A DNA stretch of 32,000 nucleotides, from positions 810,001 to 842,000 of the forward strand of contig OY969938.1 of NCBI GenBank assembly GCA_963704755.1, given 5' to 3'. Below are positions 8,316 through 16,763 of the stretch, one piece after another (positions within the stretch are counted from its first letter, which is position 1; the number at the start of each line of letters is the position of its first letter). The stretch is from an uncultured Chloroflexia bacterium (lineage in GTDB: Bacteria; Chloroflexota; Anaerolineae; Anaerolineales; Anaerolineaceae). The notes beneath the pieces were generated by a model. The model was not told where the DNA came from. It did not search any database and saw only the letters and a list, made by a program, of their open reading frames with translations. Made by a program: the position numbers and the translations under genes.

Positions 8316-10011
8316 TTATAATTCCGCCGGCTTGATATCCCGCACGTTCAATTGCAGCGATTCGCGGCCGTTATACACGTTCTTCTCGAAATGGTACAAC
8401 AGGTCGACCGGGCCGCTGAGCTGGTCGGCCCAATAGCCCAGGCGAAAGGCAATCGCGTCGTAAGTGATGCGCCCATCGGTGACGGTCAGCTTTAAATGCT
8501 TGCCCTCGGCACCCACTTTGCGAGCCTTAATCACCCGCACCCCATGCGAGATGAAGGCCACGTCCGGGTTATCTGTTCCGGTCGGCTGCAACTGATACAG
8601 CCAGTGCAAGAAAACCGGGTGCAGGTCTTTCAAGGGCAGTTCCAGGTCGGCGTGGATACGCGGGCACAAGTCTTTTTCAGCGAATTCGCGCCGGGCAATG
8701 GCGTTCAAGCGGGCCATCAACTCTTCCAACCGGCCGGTCTGAACGGTAAATCCGGCCGCCATAGCATGCCCACCGTGACGTTCCATCAGGTCGGCGCATT
8801 CGTCCAGGGCCTGGGTAATGTGGAACTCCGGGATGCTGCGGCACGAAGCGCGGGTATACCCATCCATCTGCGTGCCCACCACGGCCGGCCGGTAATGGTT
8901 TTCGGCGAGCTTGGCCGCCACCAGGCCCACCACCCCAGGGTTAAAAGTTCGGGTCAAAGGCGAATAGCATGTCGCTCTGCCCGCTCTGCTCGATTTGCAA
9001 TTCCGCTGCGGACTGCATCTCCAGGGTCAGACGCTGGCGTTCGCGGTTCTGATCGTCCAGTCGTTGGGCCAACAAACCCGAATCTCTGAGATCCCTGGCC
9101 GCCAGCAATTGGTATGCCTGCAAGGCTGATTCCAGCCGGCCGGCCGCGTTCAACCGCGGCGCCAGCATAAAACTCACATCCGAGGCCGTCAGCGAGGTCA
9201 GGCTTAGCCCGGCCGCGTGCGCCAACGAAAGAATACCCGCCCGCTGACCCAGGTGGATCAGGTTCAGGCCGGCACGCACAAGGATGCGGTTCTCCCCGGA
9301 GAGCGGCACCACATCCGCCACGGTCCCCAGGGCGACCAGGTCCAGCCACTCTTTGGGAGACCGTCCCGAAATCGGCCGGGTTTTGAAAAGCGCTTCGGCA
9401 ATCTTATAGGCAACGCCTACCCCGGCCAGGTTTTTATCCGGGTAAACGTCCCCGGCCTGCTTGGGACAAATCACCGTCCAGGCCATTGGCAAAGCCTGCT
9501 GGGGATGATGGTGGTCGCTGATGATCAAATCAAGGCCCAGCGCATCGGCGTGTTCGGCCTCCTGCAGCGAGCGGATGCCACAGTCTACCGTCAGCACCAC
9601 CCGAATGCCTTTGCCCGCGAGGGCATCCAACGCCGAATTATTCAGGCCATACCCTTCATCGAAACGGTTGGGAATATAGGCCTCCGCTTCAGCGCCGAAG
9701 GCTTGCAGTACCTCTACCATCAACGCTGTGGCGGTGATCCCATCCACATCGTAATCGCCATACACCGCGATCGCCTCTTCGTGGTCAACGGCCCACAATA
9801 ACCGCTCGACGGCGGCCTGCATCCCGGTCAGTAAAAACGGATCGTAAGGTTCCCCCTGCCCTTCCAGAAAACGCCTGGCGTTGAATTCATCCACAATCCC
9901 CCGGTTAAATAGGATCTGGCGTAAAAAAGGAGGATATGCGCCTAATTGTTCATCTGCTTCAATTGTAATTTTAGGGGCCACGACCCAACGTTTTTGAAGT
10001 GGTTCAAGCAT
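8316..10011 (-). pseudogene. recJ: single-stranded-DNA exonuclease RecJ, reading frame broken by one extra base (possibly an assembly artefact)
   Basis: The N-terminal ORF 8941..10011 carries the DHH motifs (DYDVDGITA, ISDHHH). The C-terminal ORF 8316..8957 is the DHHA1 part (GGHAMAAGF). The two join at DPNF|NPGVVG if one T of a T4 run is removed. Confidence 0.85.
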
Positions 10012-10024
10012 TCATTGCCCCGAT

Positions 10025-11134
10025 CTAGAAATAAAGTCTGGGAAGCCGGCTCGAAAGCCCGCAAATTACCTCATAATTGATTGTACCCCAATGCTCAGCC
10101 AATTGATCGGCGCTGCGAATAGCCGAACCTTGCTGGCCGATGATGACCACCTCGTCGCCAATGTGGGCATCCGGCACGGCATCCAGTTGCACCATGGTCT
10201 GGTCCATACAAATCGTCCCAACCACCGGCACGGCGATACCTCGCACCAGCACCACATTGCCCGGGACACGCCGGAAACCATCGGCGTAACCTACCGGGAT
10301 CGTGCCGATCAACTCGTTCTTCGAGGTGAAATAGCGGTGTCCATAACTGATGCCCGCTCCGGGCGAAACTTTTTTGGTTAAGATAAGGCGGGTTTTCCAG
10401 GCCAATACCGGCCGGAAGGATTCTGGCAGGTGCGTCTCTGCGGAAGGTTGCAGACCGTACAGGGCAATTCCACAACGGACCATGTCGTAACGCGCCTGAG
10501 GGAAATTCAATGCACCGGCCGAATTGCTGGCGTGGACCCAACTGGGCCGCAGACCGGCCGAATCGACCGCGCTTAATACGTCATCGAAGATCTTGATCTG
10601 TCCGGCCGTCGTATTTTGGCCCGGCTCATCGGCGCGAGCGAAATGAGTGAAAATCCCTTCCACTTCGATACCCGGCAGCGTCTTAAGCCAGCGCAAAAAC
10701 TCAACCGTCTCTTCGGGGCGGATACCAATGCGGTTCATGCCACTATCCACTTTGACGTGGACTTTCAAGGTCAATCCCTGGGCTTCCACCCGGCGGGAAT
10801 ATTCGTTGACCGTTTCGGCATCGTACACCGTCAGGCTGAGGTTATCCTTGGCCGCCAGCGGGGACTGGTCCGGGGAGGTATACCCCAGCACCAGGGCGTC
10901 GGTCTCGATCCAGGCTGCCCGCAGCATAGCCCCCTCCTCAAAGCGAGCCACTCCCAACCAATCGCCGCCGGCTTTCTTGACTTCCTGGGCGATTTTCTCC
11001 AGTCCGTGCCCGTACGCGTTGGCCTTGATAACCGCCATAACAGGCGTTTGACATATACGAGTAAGCTCTTTGTAGTTGTTGGCCAGTGCCCCCAGGTCTA
11101 TCTCCAGCCAGGTTGAGTAGCCGTTGGTATCCAT
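10025..11134 (-). CDS. alr: alanine racemase
   Basis: PLP-lysine motif AVIKANAYGHG plus a C-terminal beta-domain. The ATG at 11134 (MDTNGYSTWLEIDL) gives about 369 aa. The longer track ORF would overlap tgt. The stop is 13 nt upstream of the recJ start. Confidence 0.9.
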   Translation of the reverse strand: MDTNGYSTWLEIDLGALANNYKELTRICQTPVMAVIKANAYGHGLEKIAQEVKKAGGDWLGVARFEEGAMLRAAWIETDALVLGYTSPDQSPLAAKDNLSLTVYDAETVNEYSRRVEAQGLTLKVHVKVDSGMNRIGIRPEETVEFLRWLKTLPGIEVEGIFTHFARADEPGQNTTAGQIKIFDDVLSAVDSAGLRPSWVHASNSAGALNFPQARYDMVRCGIALYGLQPSAETHLPESFRPVLAWKTRLILTKKVSPGAGISYGHRYFTSKNELIGTIPVGYADGFRRVPGNVVLVRGIAVPVVGTICMDQTMVQLDAVPDAHIGDEVVIIGQQGSAIRSADQLAEHWGTINYEVICGLSSRLPRLYF

Positions 11135-11222
11135 GGCGGTAAGTATAAAGGCTTGTCGGAGAATTGGAAAGAGAGGATACCCGGTAATCCCATTTTTTCT
11201 CATATCGGCTATAATCCCATTC

Positions 11223-12338
11223 ATGGCTTTCCAATTCAAATATGAACTCATCGCCAGCGACGGGAATGCCCGCGCAGGGGTTTTCCATACCCCGCATGGC
11301 GACATTCAAACACCTATCTTTGCCCCGGTTGGGACCCAGGCCACGGTCAAATCATTGACCCCCGCTCAGCTCGAAGAAATTGGGGCGAACCTGGTATTGG
11401 CCAATACTTATCATCTCTACCTCCGCCCAGGCGCCGACCTGGTGGCGGAAATGGGCGGGGTGCACGAGTTTATGCAGTGGCCGCACCCCATGCTGACCGA
11501 TTCGGGTGGTTTCCAGGTCTTCTCGCTTTCCGAGATCCGCAAAATCGATGCGGACGGGGCCACCTTCAAGAGCCACATCGACGGCTCCTCCCACCGTTTT
11601 ACCCCGGAGAAGGCTATCGCAATCGAAGAGAAGCTCGGCGCCGACATCATCATGTCTTTCGATGAATGTGCCCCGCCTTACGATCGCGAATATAATGAAA
11701 GGGCGTTAACCCGCACCCATGCCTGGGCCGAGCGCTGCCGCCAGGCTCAAAAACGCGGCGACCAGGCTCTGTTCGGTATCGTCCAGGGCGGCGTTTTCCC
11801 GGACCTGCGCGAGCAGTCGGCCAAATTCATTTCCTCGCTGGATTTTCCAGGCCATGCCATTGGCGGGCTTTCAGTGGGGGAAACCAAAGCAGAAATGAAC
11901 GATATGATTACGCTGGTCAACAACATCCTCCCGGCAGACAAACCCCGCTATCTCATGGGGGTAGGCACTCCGATCGATTTGATCGAAGGCATCCGCCGTG
12001 GGATCGACATTTTCGACTGCGTACTGCCCACCCGGCTGGCCCGCCACCAGGCGGCCATGACTCGCAGCGGGCGGATCAATATGCTCAACGCGGTCAACGC
12101 CCACGACCCGCGTCCCATCGACGAGCAATGCAACTGCTACACCTGCCAACATTTCTCGCGTGCGTACATCCGCCATTTGATCGTCGCCCGTGAGATGCTG
12201 GCATCCACGCTGCTTTCCATCCACAACATCACGACTTTGCTCAACCTTGTCCGCGAAGCTCGCCAGGCCATCCAAAACGGACGGTTTGAAGATTTCGCTC
12301 TGAGTTATACTGCCAATCTAGAAACTCCAATCGGATAA
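11223..12338 (+). CDS. tgt: queuine tRNA-ribosyltransferase (tRNA-guanine transglycosylase)
   Basis: MAFQFKYELIASDGNARAG.F.TPHG, LTDSGGFQ, and the zinc site CNCYTCQHFSRAYIRHL. The start at 11223 is preferred over the upstream track start. Confidence 0.92.
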   Translation: MAFQFKYELIASDGNARAGVFHTPHGDIQTPIFAPVGTQATVKSLTPAQLEEIGANLVLANTYHLYLRPGADLVAEMGGVHEFMQWPHPMLTDSGGFQVFSLSEIRKIDADGATFKSHIDGSSHRFTPEKAIAIEEKLGADIIMSFDECAPPYDREYNERALTRTHAWAERCRQAQKRGDQALFGIVQGGVFPDLREQSAKFISSLDFPGHAIGGLSVGETKAEMNDMITLVNNILPADKPRYLMGVGTPIDLIEGIRRGIDIFDCVLPTRLARHQAAMTRSGRINMLNAVNAHDPRPIDEQCNCYTCQHFSRAYIRHLIVAREMLASTLLSIHNITTLLNLVREARQAIQNGRFEDFALSYTANLETPIG

Positions 12339-12345
12339 GTGACCA

Positions 12346-13164
12346 ATGAACATCTTACAGGCTATCGTCCTCGGTATTGTCCAGGGATTGACCGAATTCC
12401 TGCCTATTTCCAGTTCAGCCCACCTGGTAATCGTACCTTTCTTGCTGGGATGGCATTTTCCTGAAGATCAGAGTTTCGTCTTCAATGTTCTGGTCCAAAT
12501 GGGTACCTTGCTGGCGGTCATCATCTATTTTTGGCATGACCTGGTTGAAATCATCGTGGCCTTCGTGCAGGGGATTATCCACCTCAAACCCTTTGAAACC
12601 AGCGAATCCCGCCTGGGCTGGCTGCTGATCCTGGCCACCATCCCGGCCGGCGCCCTGGGTTTTCTGCTTCAAAAAAGCGTCGAGGCGGCTTTTACCAGCC
12701 CGCTCATGACCGGGTTCTTCTTGCTTCTGACGGCAGCCTTGCTGGTTCTGGCCGAGATCATTGGCAAACGCACCCGCAGCCTGCGCGATCTCAACTGGAA
12801 AGATGCCTTGTGGATTGGCTTTGCCCAGGTGATTTCCATTTTTCCGGGGGTCTCCCGGTCCGGCTCTACCATCGCCGGCGGCATGACCCGCAACCTGGAT
12901 CGCGAATTGTCCGCGCGCTTTGCTTTTTTGATGTCCATTCCGATTATGCTCGCCGCCGGTGGCCTGAGCTTGTTCGACACATTTAAAACGCCCGGCCTGA
13001 GCTCATTCTTGCCAATTGTGGCGGTCGGTTTCATCGCCGCGGCGATCGTCGGTTACCTGTCCATCCGCTGGCTGCTGCGTTTTCTCACCCACCGGCCCTT
13101 GTACGTCTTTGCTGTTTACTGCACATTGGCGGGGGTGATCACCATTTTATTGGCGCATGGCTAG
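12346..13164 (+). CDS. uppP: undecaprenyl-diphosphate phosphatase
   Basis: BacA/UppP motifs LTEFLPISSSAHL and PGVSRSGSTI. About 8 TM segments. Confidence 0.9.
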   Translation: MNILQAIVLGIVQGLTEFLPISSSAHLVIVPFLLGWHFPEDQSFVFNVLVQMGTLLAVIIYFWHDLVEIIVAFVQGIIHLKPFETSESRLGWLLILATIPAGALGFLLQKSVEAAFTSPLMTGFFLLLTAALLVLAEIIGKRTRSLRDLNWKDALWIGFAQVISIFPGVSRSGSTIAGGMTRNLDRELSARFAFLMSIPIMLAAGGLSLFDTFKTPGLSSFLPIVAVGFIAAAIVGYLSIRWLLRFLTHRPLYVFAVYCTLAGVITILLAHG

Positions 13165-13909
13165 AAAGCGACACTTTGTTCCGGCGGAAGCGCTGCTGGC
13201 CCTGGCCACAACGTTTCTGCTGGCCGCCTGTTCATCGGTAAAAATAGAGCCCCAGCCCAGTGCGGATTTGCAGGTGCTGGCAGTGGGCCTCAGCCCGGAG
13301 CTAAATTGGATGGCGGCCGATCTGAATTCCTGCGCCGGTTCAATCCCCGACCTGCACCTGGAGGTGAATCCCCTGCCGGCCGGGCAAACCGACCCGGGCT
13401 CATCCGACTTGCTGCTGCTCTGGGGATCCGAGCAAGGCCAGGGCAGCCAGACCTTCGAACTAGGCAATGAAACCCTGCAAGTGATCGTCAACCCAGCCAA
13501 TCCGCTGGATTCGATCCAGACCGGCGATCTGGTTTCCATCCTGGGCAGCAAAACGGTCGATTGGGCCACCATCGCGCCGGGTTCGACCCTGGGGGCCATC
13601 CAGGCCTGGATATACCCGCAGGATTCGGCTGCCCAGGCCCTGATCGAACAGAACATCCTGCAAAACAACCGCCTGGACCCCGAAATCCTTTTAGCCCCCG
13701 GCCCGCAGGAAATGCGCGAATTGGTTGCTGCCGCACCCGGCGGGATTGGCTTTTTGCCCTCCCATTGGGTCGACCAAACCGTCAAAACAATCGCCATCAG
13801 CGACCTGCCCCAAGGCATTTCCCAGCCCCTCCTGGCCATCACCGCCGCTCAGCCCGGCGGGGACCTGCGCAGCCTGCTTCTCTGCCTGCAATCCCGGCTG
13901 AACGGATAA
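13157..13909 (+). CDS. lipoprotein with a PstS-like periplasmic-binding (PBP-like) domain
   Basis: Signal peptide plus lipobox LLAACSS. The central LQVIVNPANPLDSI..GDLVSILGSK..DW pattern resembles the PBP_like_2 family. Overlaps the uppP stop by 8 nt. Confidence 0.6.
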   Translation: MARKRHFVPAEALLALATTFLLAACSSVKIEPQPSADLQVLAVGLSPELNWMAADLNSCAGSIPDLHLEVNPLPAGQTDPGSSDLLLLWGSEQGQGSQTFELGNETLQVIVNPANPLDSIQTGDLVSILGSKTVDWATIAPGSTLGAIQAWIYPQDSAAQALIEQNILQNNRLDPEILLAPGPQEMRELVAAAPGGIGFLPSHWVDQTVKTIAISDLPQGISQPLLAITAAQPGGDLRSLLLCLQSRLNG

Positions 13910-14170
13910 TATTAAAGCGTTTAGTACCGCTCGCCGCTGGTACCAGGAAAGCCATAGCAATTCTTTATCTGTTCAACGAATACTGCTTGATGCCTGCGCT
14001 TCAATTCCGCATCTCAATTAATCGGAACAGACGCCGGTTCATACCAAAAGCACGAACCCAATTCATTTCGACATATCGCAAAAGATTAACGTAACGTAAT
14101 CCTCCCTCCTCGTCCCAATCGCGCCTCCATCCTGCCGCCTATGATAAAATAGGATTCCCTTGGAGACGAT

Positions 14171-14365
14171 ATGCCGGTAAAATTTATGCTTCGTAAACAG
14201 GAATACGAGCTGGAAGGCACCATCCGGGTAAAAGAAGCTTTGAAAGAGCTGGGGCTGTCTCTTGAGGCTTATTTCGTGGTCAAAGACGGGGAATTATTGA
14301 ACGAAAACGACGTCCTGCGCAACGGCGACGTGGTTAAAATTGTCTCGGTCATCTCGGGAGGCTGA
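14171..14365 (+). CDS. ttuB: ThiS/MoaD-family ubiquitin-like sulfur carrier ending in Gly-Gly (TtuB-like)
   Basis: 64 aa. C-terminus ...KIVSVISGG-stop. GGAG lies 5 nt before the ATG. The next gene starts 2 nt after the stop. Confidence 0.7.
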   Translation: MPVKFMLRKQEYELEGTIRVKEALKELGLSLEAYFVVKDGELLNENDVLRNGDVVKIVSVISGG

Positions 14366-14367
14366 CC

Positions 14368-15312
14368 ATGACCTCGATGAAATGCCACAAGTGTGAGCAG
14401 CGGGCGGTGATCCGCATGCGCCAGCACCGCCTGGCGCTGTGTAAAGACCATTACATCGCCTGGTTTATCGAACAGACGCTGCGCTTTATCGATAAATATC
14501 ATATGTTCAGCCCGCAAGAGCGGGTATTGGTGGCCGTATCGGGCGGTAAGGATTCGCTGGCCCTGTGGGACGTGCTCTGGCAGACCGGCTATAGCACCGA
14601 AGGGATGTACATCAACCTGGGTATTTCCGGCGAGGACGATTATTCCAACCGCTCCGAGCAACTGGCCCGCCAGTTCGCGGACGAGCGCAACCTGGTTTTG
14701 CACGTGGTCAACGTACGCGAAAGTTATGGCGCCAGCGTGCCCGGCCTGGCCTTCAGCACCAGCCGCGGACGCCAAAAGCCCTGTGCGGTGTGTGGCCTGG
14801 TCAAGCGCCACATCATGAACCAGGCCGCCGCTGACCTGGGCTTCGCCGTACTGGCCACTGCCCATAACCTGGACGACGAAGTCTCGTTCCTGTTTGGCAA
14901 CACTTTGAGCTGGGACCTGCGCCAGCTTGGCCGCCAGTCGCCGGTGCTGCCGGAAGGCAACGGTTTTCCCCGTAAGGTGAAACCTTTCATCCGCTTTGCC
15001 GAACGCGAAACCGCGGCCTATTCACTTGTCCGTGGGATCCATTATATCGAAGAGGAATGCCCGCACGCCGAAGGCAGCAAGCAATACCTGTATAAAGACA
15101 TGCTCAACCAGCTCGAAGAATCCCAGCCGGGCACCAAGCTGCGTTTCCTGATCGGTTACCTGAACGCCAAAGATGCCGGGGCGATCCAGGCCGCCGGCAC
15201 CGATTCGGCTGCCCTCGATCTACACCCCTGCCCCCAATGCGGCCAGCTCACTTCCTCCGGCGGCCTGTGCTCATTCTGCCGGTTAGTGGAGAGAAGAGAG
15301 AAAAGAGAATAG
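14368..15312 (+). CDS. ttuA: PP-loop ATPase, TtuA/Ncs6-family tRNA 2-thiolation enzyme
   Basis: N-terminal zinc finger CHKCEQ...C..H. PP-loop VAVSGGKDS. Fe-S ligand candidates CAVCG and EECPH. C-terminal zinc finger CPQCG...CSFC. Confidence 0.75.
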   Translation: MTSMKCHKCEQRAVIRMRQHRLALCKDHYIAWFIEQTLRFIDKYHMFSPQERVLVAVSGGKDSLALWDVLWQTGYSTEGMYINLGISGEDDYSNRSEQLARQFADERNLVLHVVNVRESYGASVPGLAFSTSRGRQKPCAVCGLVKRHIMNQAAADLGFAVLATAHNLDDEVSFLFGNTLSWDLRQLGRQSPVLPEGNGFPRKVKPFIRFAERETAAYSLVRGIHYIEEECPHAEGSKQYLYKDMLNQLEESQPGTKLRFLIGYLNAKDAGAIQAAGTDSAALDLHPCPQCGQLTSSGGLCSFCRLVERREKRE

Positions 15313-15594
15313 AGATTAGAGGTTAGTTGTCAATAAGTCGATAAGGCAACGAGGCAATAAGGCACTGAGGCGGTGAGACACCAGGGTAATAAGTCGACCA
15401 GATGATGAGGGCAAGGCACCGGTGGTGGGTCACCAGGGCAATTATCTCCTGGGTGGTCAATGGATGGAGCAATCCATTGACCAGATACTCGGAAATGCTT
15501 ATCCCCTCCCTCCTTCCCTCGTTGCCTTATTGCCTTAGTAACTTATTGACTAATTTACTACTCTCTACTCTCTAATCTCTCTTCTCTTCCCTCC
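15288..15594. repeat. composite inverted-repeat element of about 300 bp: purine-rich left arm, pyrimidine-rich right arm, internal hairpin
   Basis: The left arm contains AAGAGAATAGAGATTAGAG, GTCAATAAGT and ATAAGGCAACGAGG. The right arm contains CCTCGTTGCCTTAT, ACTTATTGAC and CTCTAATCTCT. The internal perfect hairpin is 15455..15465 / 15472..15482. The left arm supplies the last ttuA codons (...ERREKRE). Confidence 0.8.
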
Positions 15595-15669
15595 AATTAG
15601 TCCGCAAGATTTCAAGACGTCTTTTCCCATTCGAAACGGTATCATAAGTCCCAAAGGAGAATAACAGCC

Positions 15670-16584
15670 ATGACCTCGAAAGACTGGATTCGCTTTGTGG
15701 GTTTAAGTTTGATCTGGGGCACTTCCTTCCTGTGGATTAAAATAGCCGTTCAGGAAGTCAGCCCCTTTGTCCTGGTGGGTTTCCGTACCTTTTTCGGCGC
15801 AGCCGGGCTGCTGGTGATCTTGCTGGCCGGCCGTTCCATCCGGTTAAACCGGGCCGACCTGCCCTGGTTGAGGATCTTTGCCGTCATTGGTTTGTTTAAT
15901 GTGGCCCTGCCTTTCGTATTGATCTCCTGGTCCGAGCAGTATATCGCTTCCGGGCTGGCCTCGATCCTCAACAGCACAGTTCCGCTTTTCGCCATGATCC
16001 TGGCGCCGCTTCTACTGAGCGACGATCGCTGGTCGGCGGCCAAAGGGATTGGCCTGCTGGTAGGATTTAGCGGAGTGGTGATCCTGTTCCTCCCGGAGAT
16101 TTTCCGGGGAGTCACCGGTAACATTCTCGCCCAGGCTGCGATGCTGCTGGCGACATTATCCTATGCCTTCGGCGGCGTGTATACCCGCCTGAAAGCCAAA
16201 GGGCTGCCGGTTGAACTTCAGGCCTTCTTGCAGCTCTTGCTGGCCTCGCTGATGGTTTGGGCCGCAACCATTGGGATCGATCGTCCCATCCGGCTGCCTC
16301 ACCTGCCCCTGACCTGGCTGGCCTTGCTCTGGCTCGGGCTTTTAGGCTCTTGCCTGGCTTACATTTTATATTTCTCTTTGATTCATTCCATCGGCCCTAC
16401 CCGGGCCAGTACAGTGACCTATGTCACCCCACTGGTCGGGGTGGTCCTGGGCGCCGTGTTCTTGGGCGAGCAGCTTTACTGGCAGGAGATCCTGGGCGGC
16501 CTGTTGATCGTCTCTGGGGTCGTTGTGATGAACCTGCGCCAGGTTCGCCTGCGCCGGCCGGCTTTGCATGAAATCGATGATTAG
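15670..16584 (+). CDS. EamA/DMT-superfamily transporter
   Basis: 304 aa with about 10 TM segments in two EamA-like halves. AAAGGAG lies upstream of the ATG. Confidence 0.8.
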   Translation: MTSKDWIRFVGLSLIWGTSFLWIKIAVQEVSPFVLVGFRTFFGAAGLLVILLAGRSIRLNRADLPWLRIFAVIGLFNVALPFVLISWSEQYIASGLASILNSTVPLFAMILAPLLLSDDRWSAAKGIGLLVGFSGVVILFLPEIFRGVTGNILAQAAMLLATLSYAFGGVYTRLKAKGLPVELQAFLQLLLASLMVWAATIGIDRPIRLPHLPLTWLALLWLGLLGSCLAYILYFSLIHSIGPTRASTVTYVTPLVGVVLGAVFLGEQLYWQEILGGLLIVSGVVVMNLRQVRLRRPALHEIDD

Positions 16585-16703
16585 GAGGGTGTTGAAAAAC
16601 ACCCTGTCATTTAAAAATTTGGGGTATATATGGTGGGGCGGCGAAGCCGCCCCACCATATATACCCCAAATTGGTCGTTGAAGAGCGTCTTTTCAACACT
16701 CCC
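16585..16703. repeat. nested palindrome: perfect 27-bp stem (16616..16642 / 16646..16672) with a GAA loop inside GCGAAGC, plus outer imperfect arms on the same symmetry centre
   Basis: Base-by-base pairing was checked, with the symmetry centre at 16644. The outer arms 16587..16598 / 16690..16701 can alternatively form two local hairpins (16586..16605 with a GAAA loop, and 16677..16697). Confidence 0.95.
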
Positions 16704-16763
16704 ATTAGGTTATTTGACCCGGGCCAAAATGCATCTACCTGAAAAGTGTGGCCTGAAGTTTGC

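Noticed and set aside
8496-9801. Two + strand ORFs of about 195 aa opposite recJ
   Set aside because: They are antisense shadows. The recJ halves carry the DHH and DHHA1 motifs.
13147-13842. 231-aa minus-strand ORF
   Set aside because: It is antisense to the PBP-like lipoprotein gene, which has a proper signal peptide and lipobox and is translationally coupled to uppP.
14269-14865. 198-aa minus-strand ORF
   Set aside because: It is antisense to ttuA, which has the PP-loop and zinc-finger motifs.
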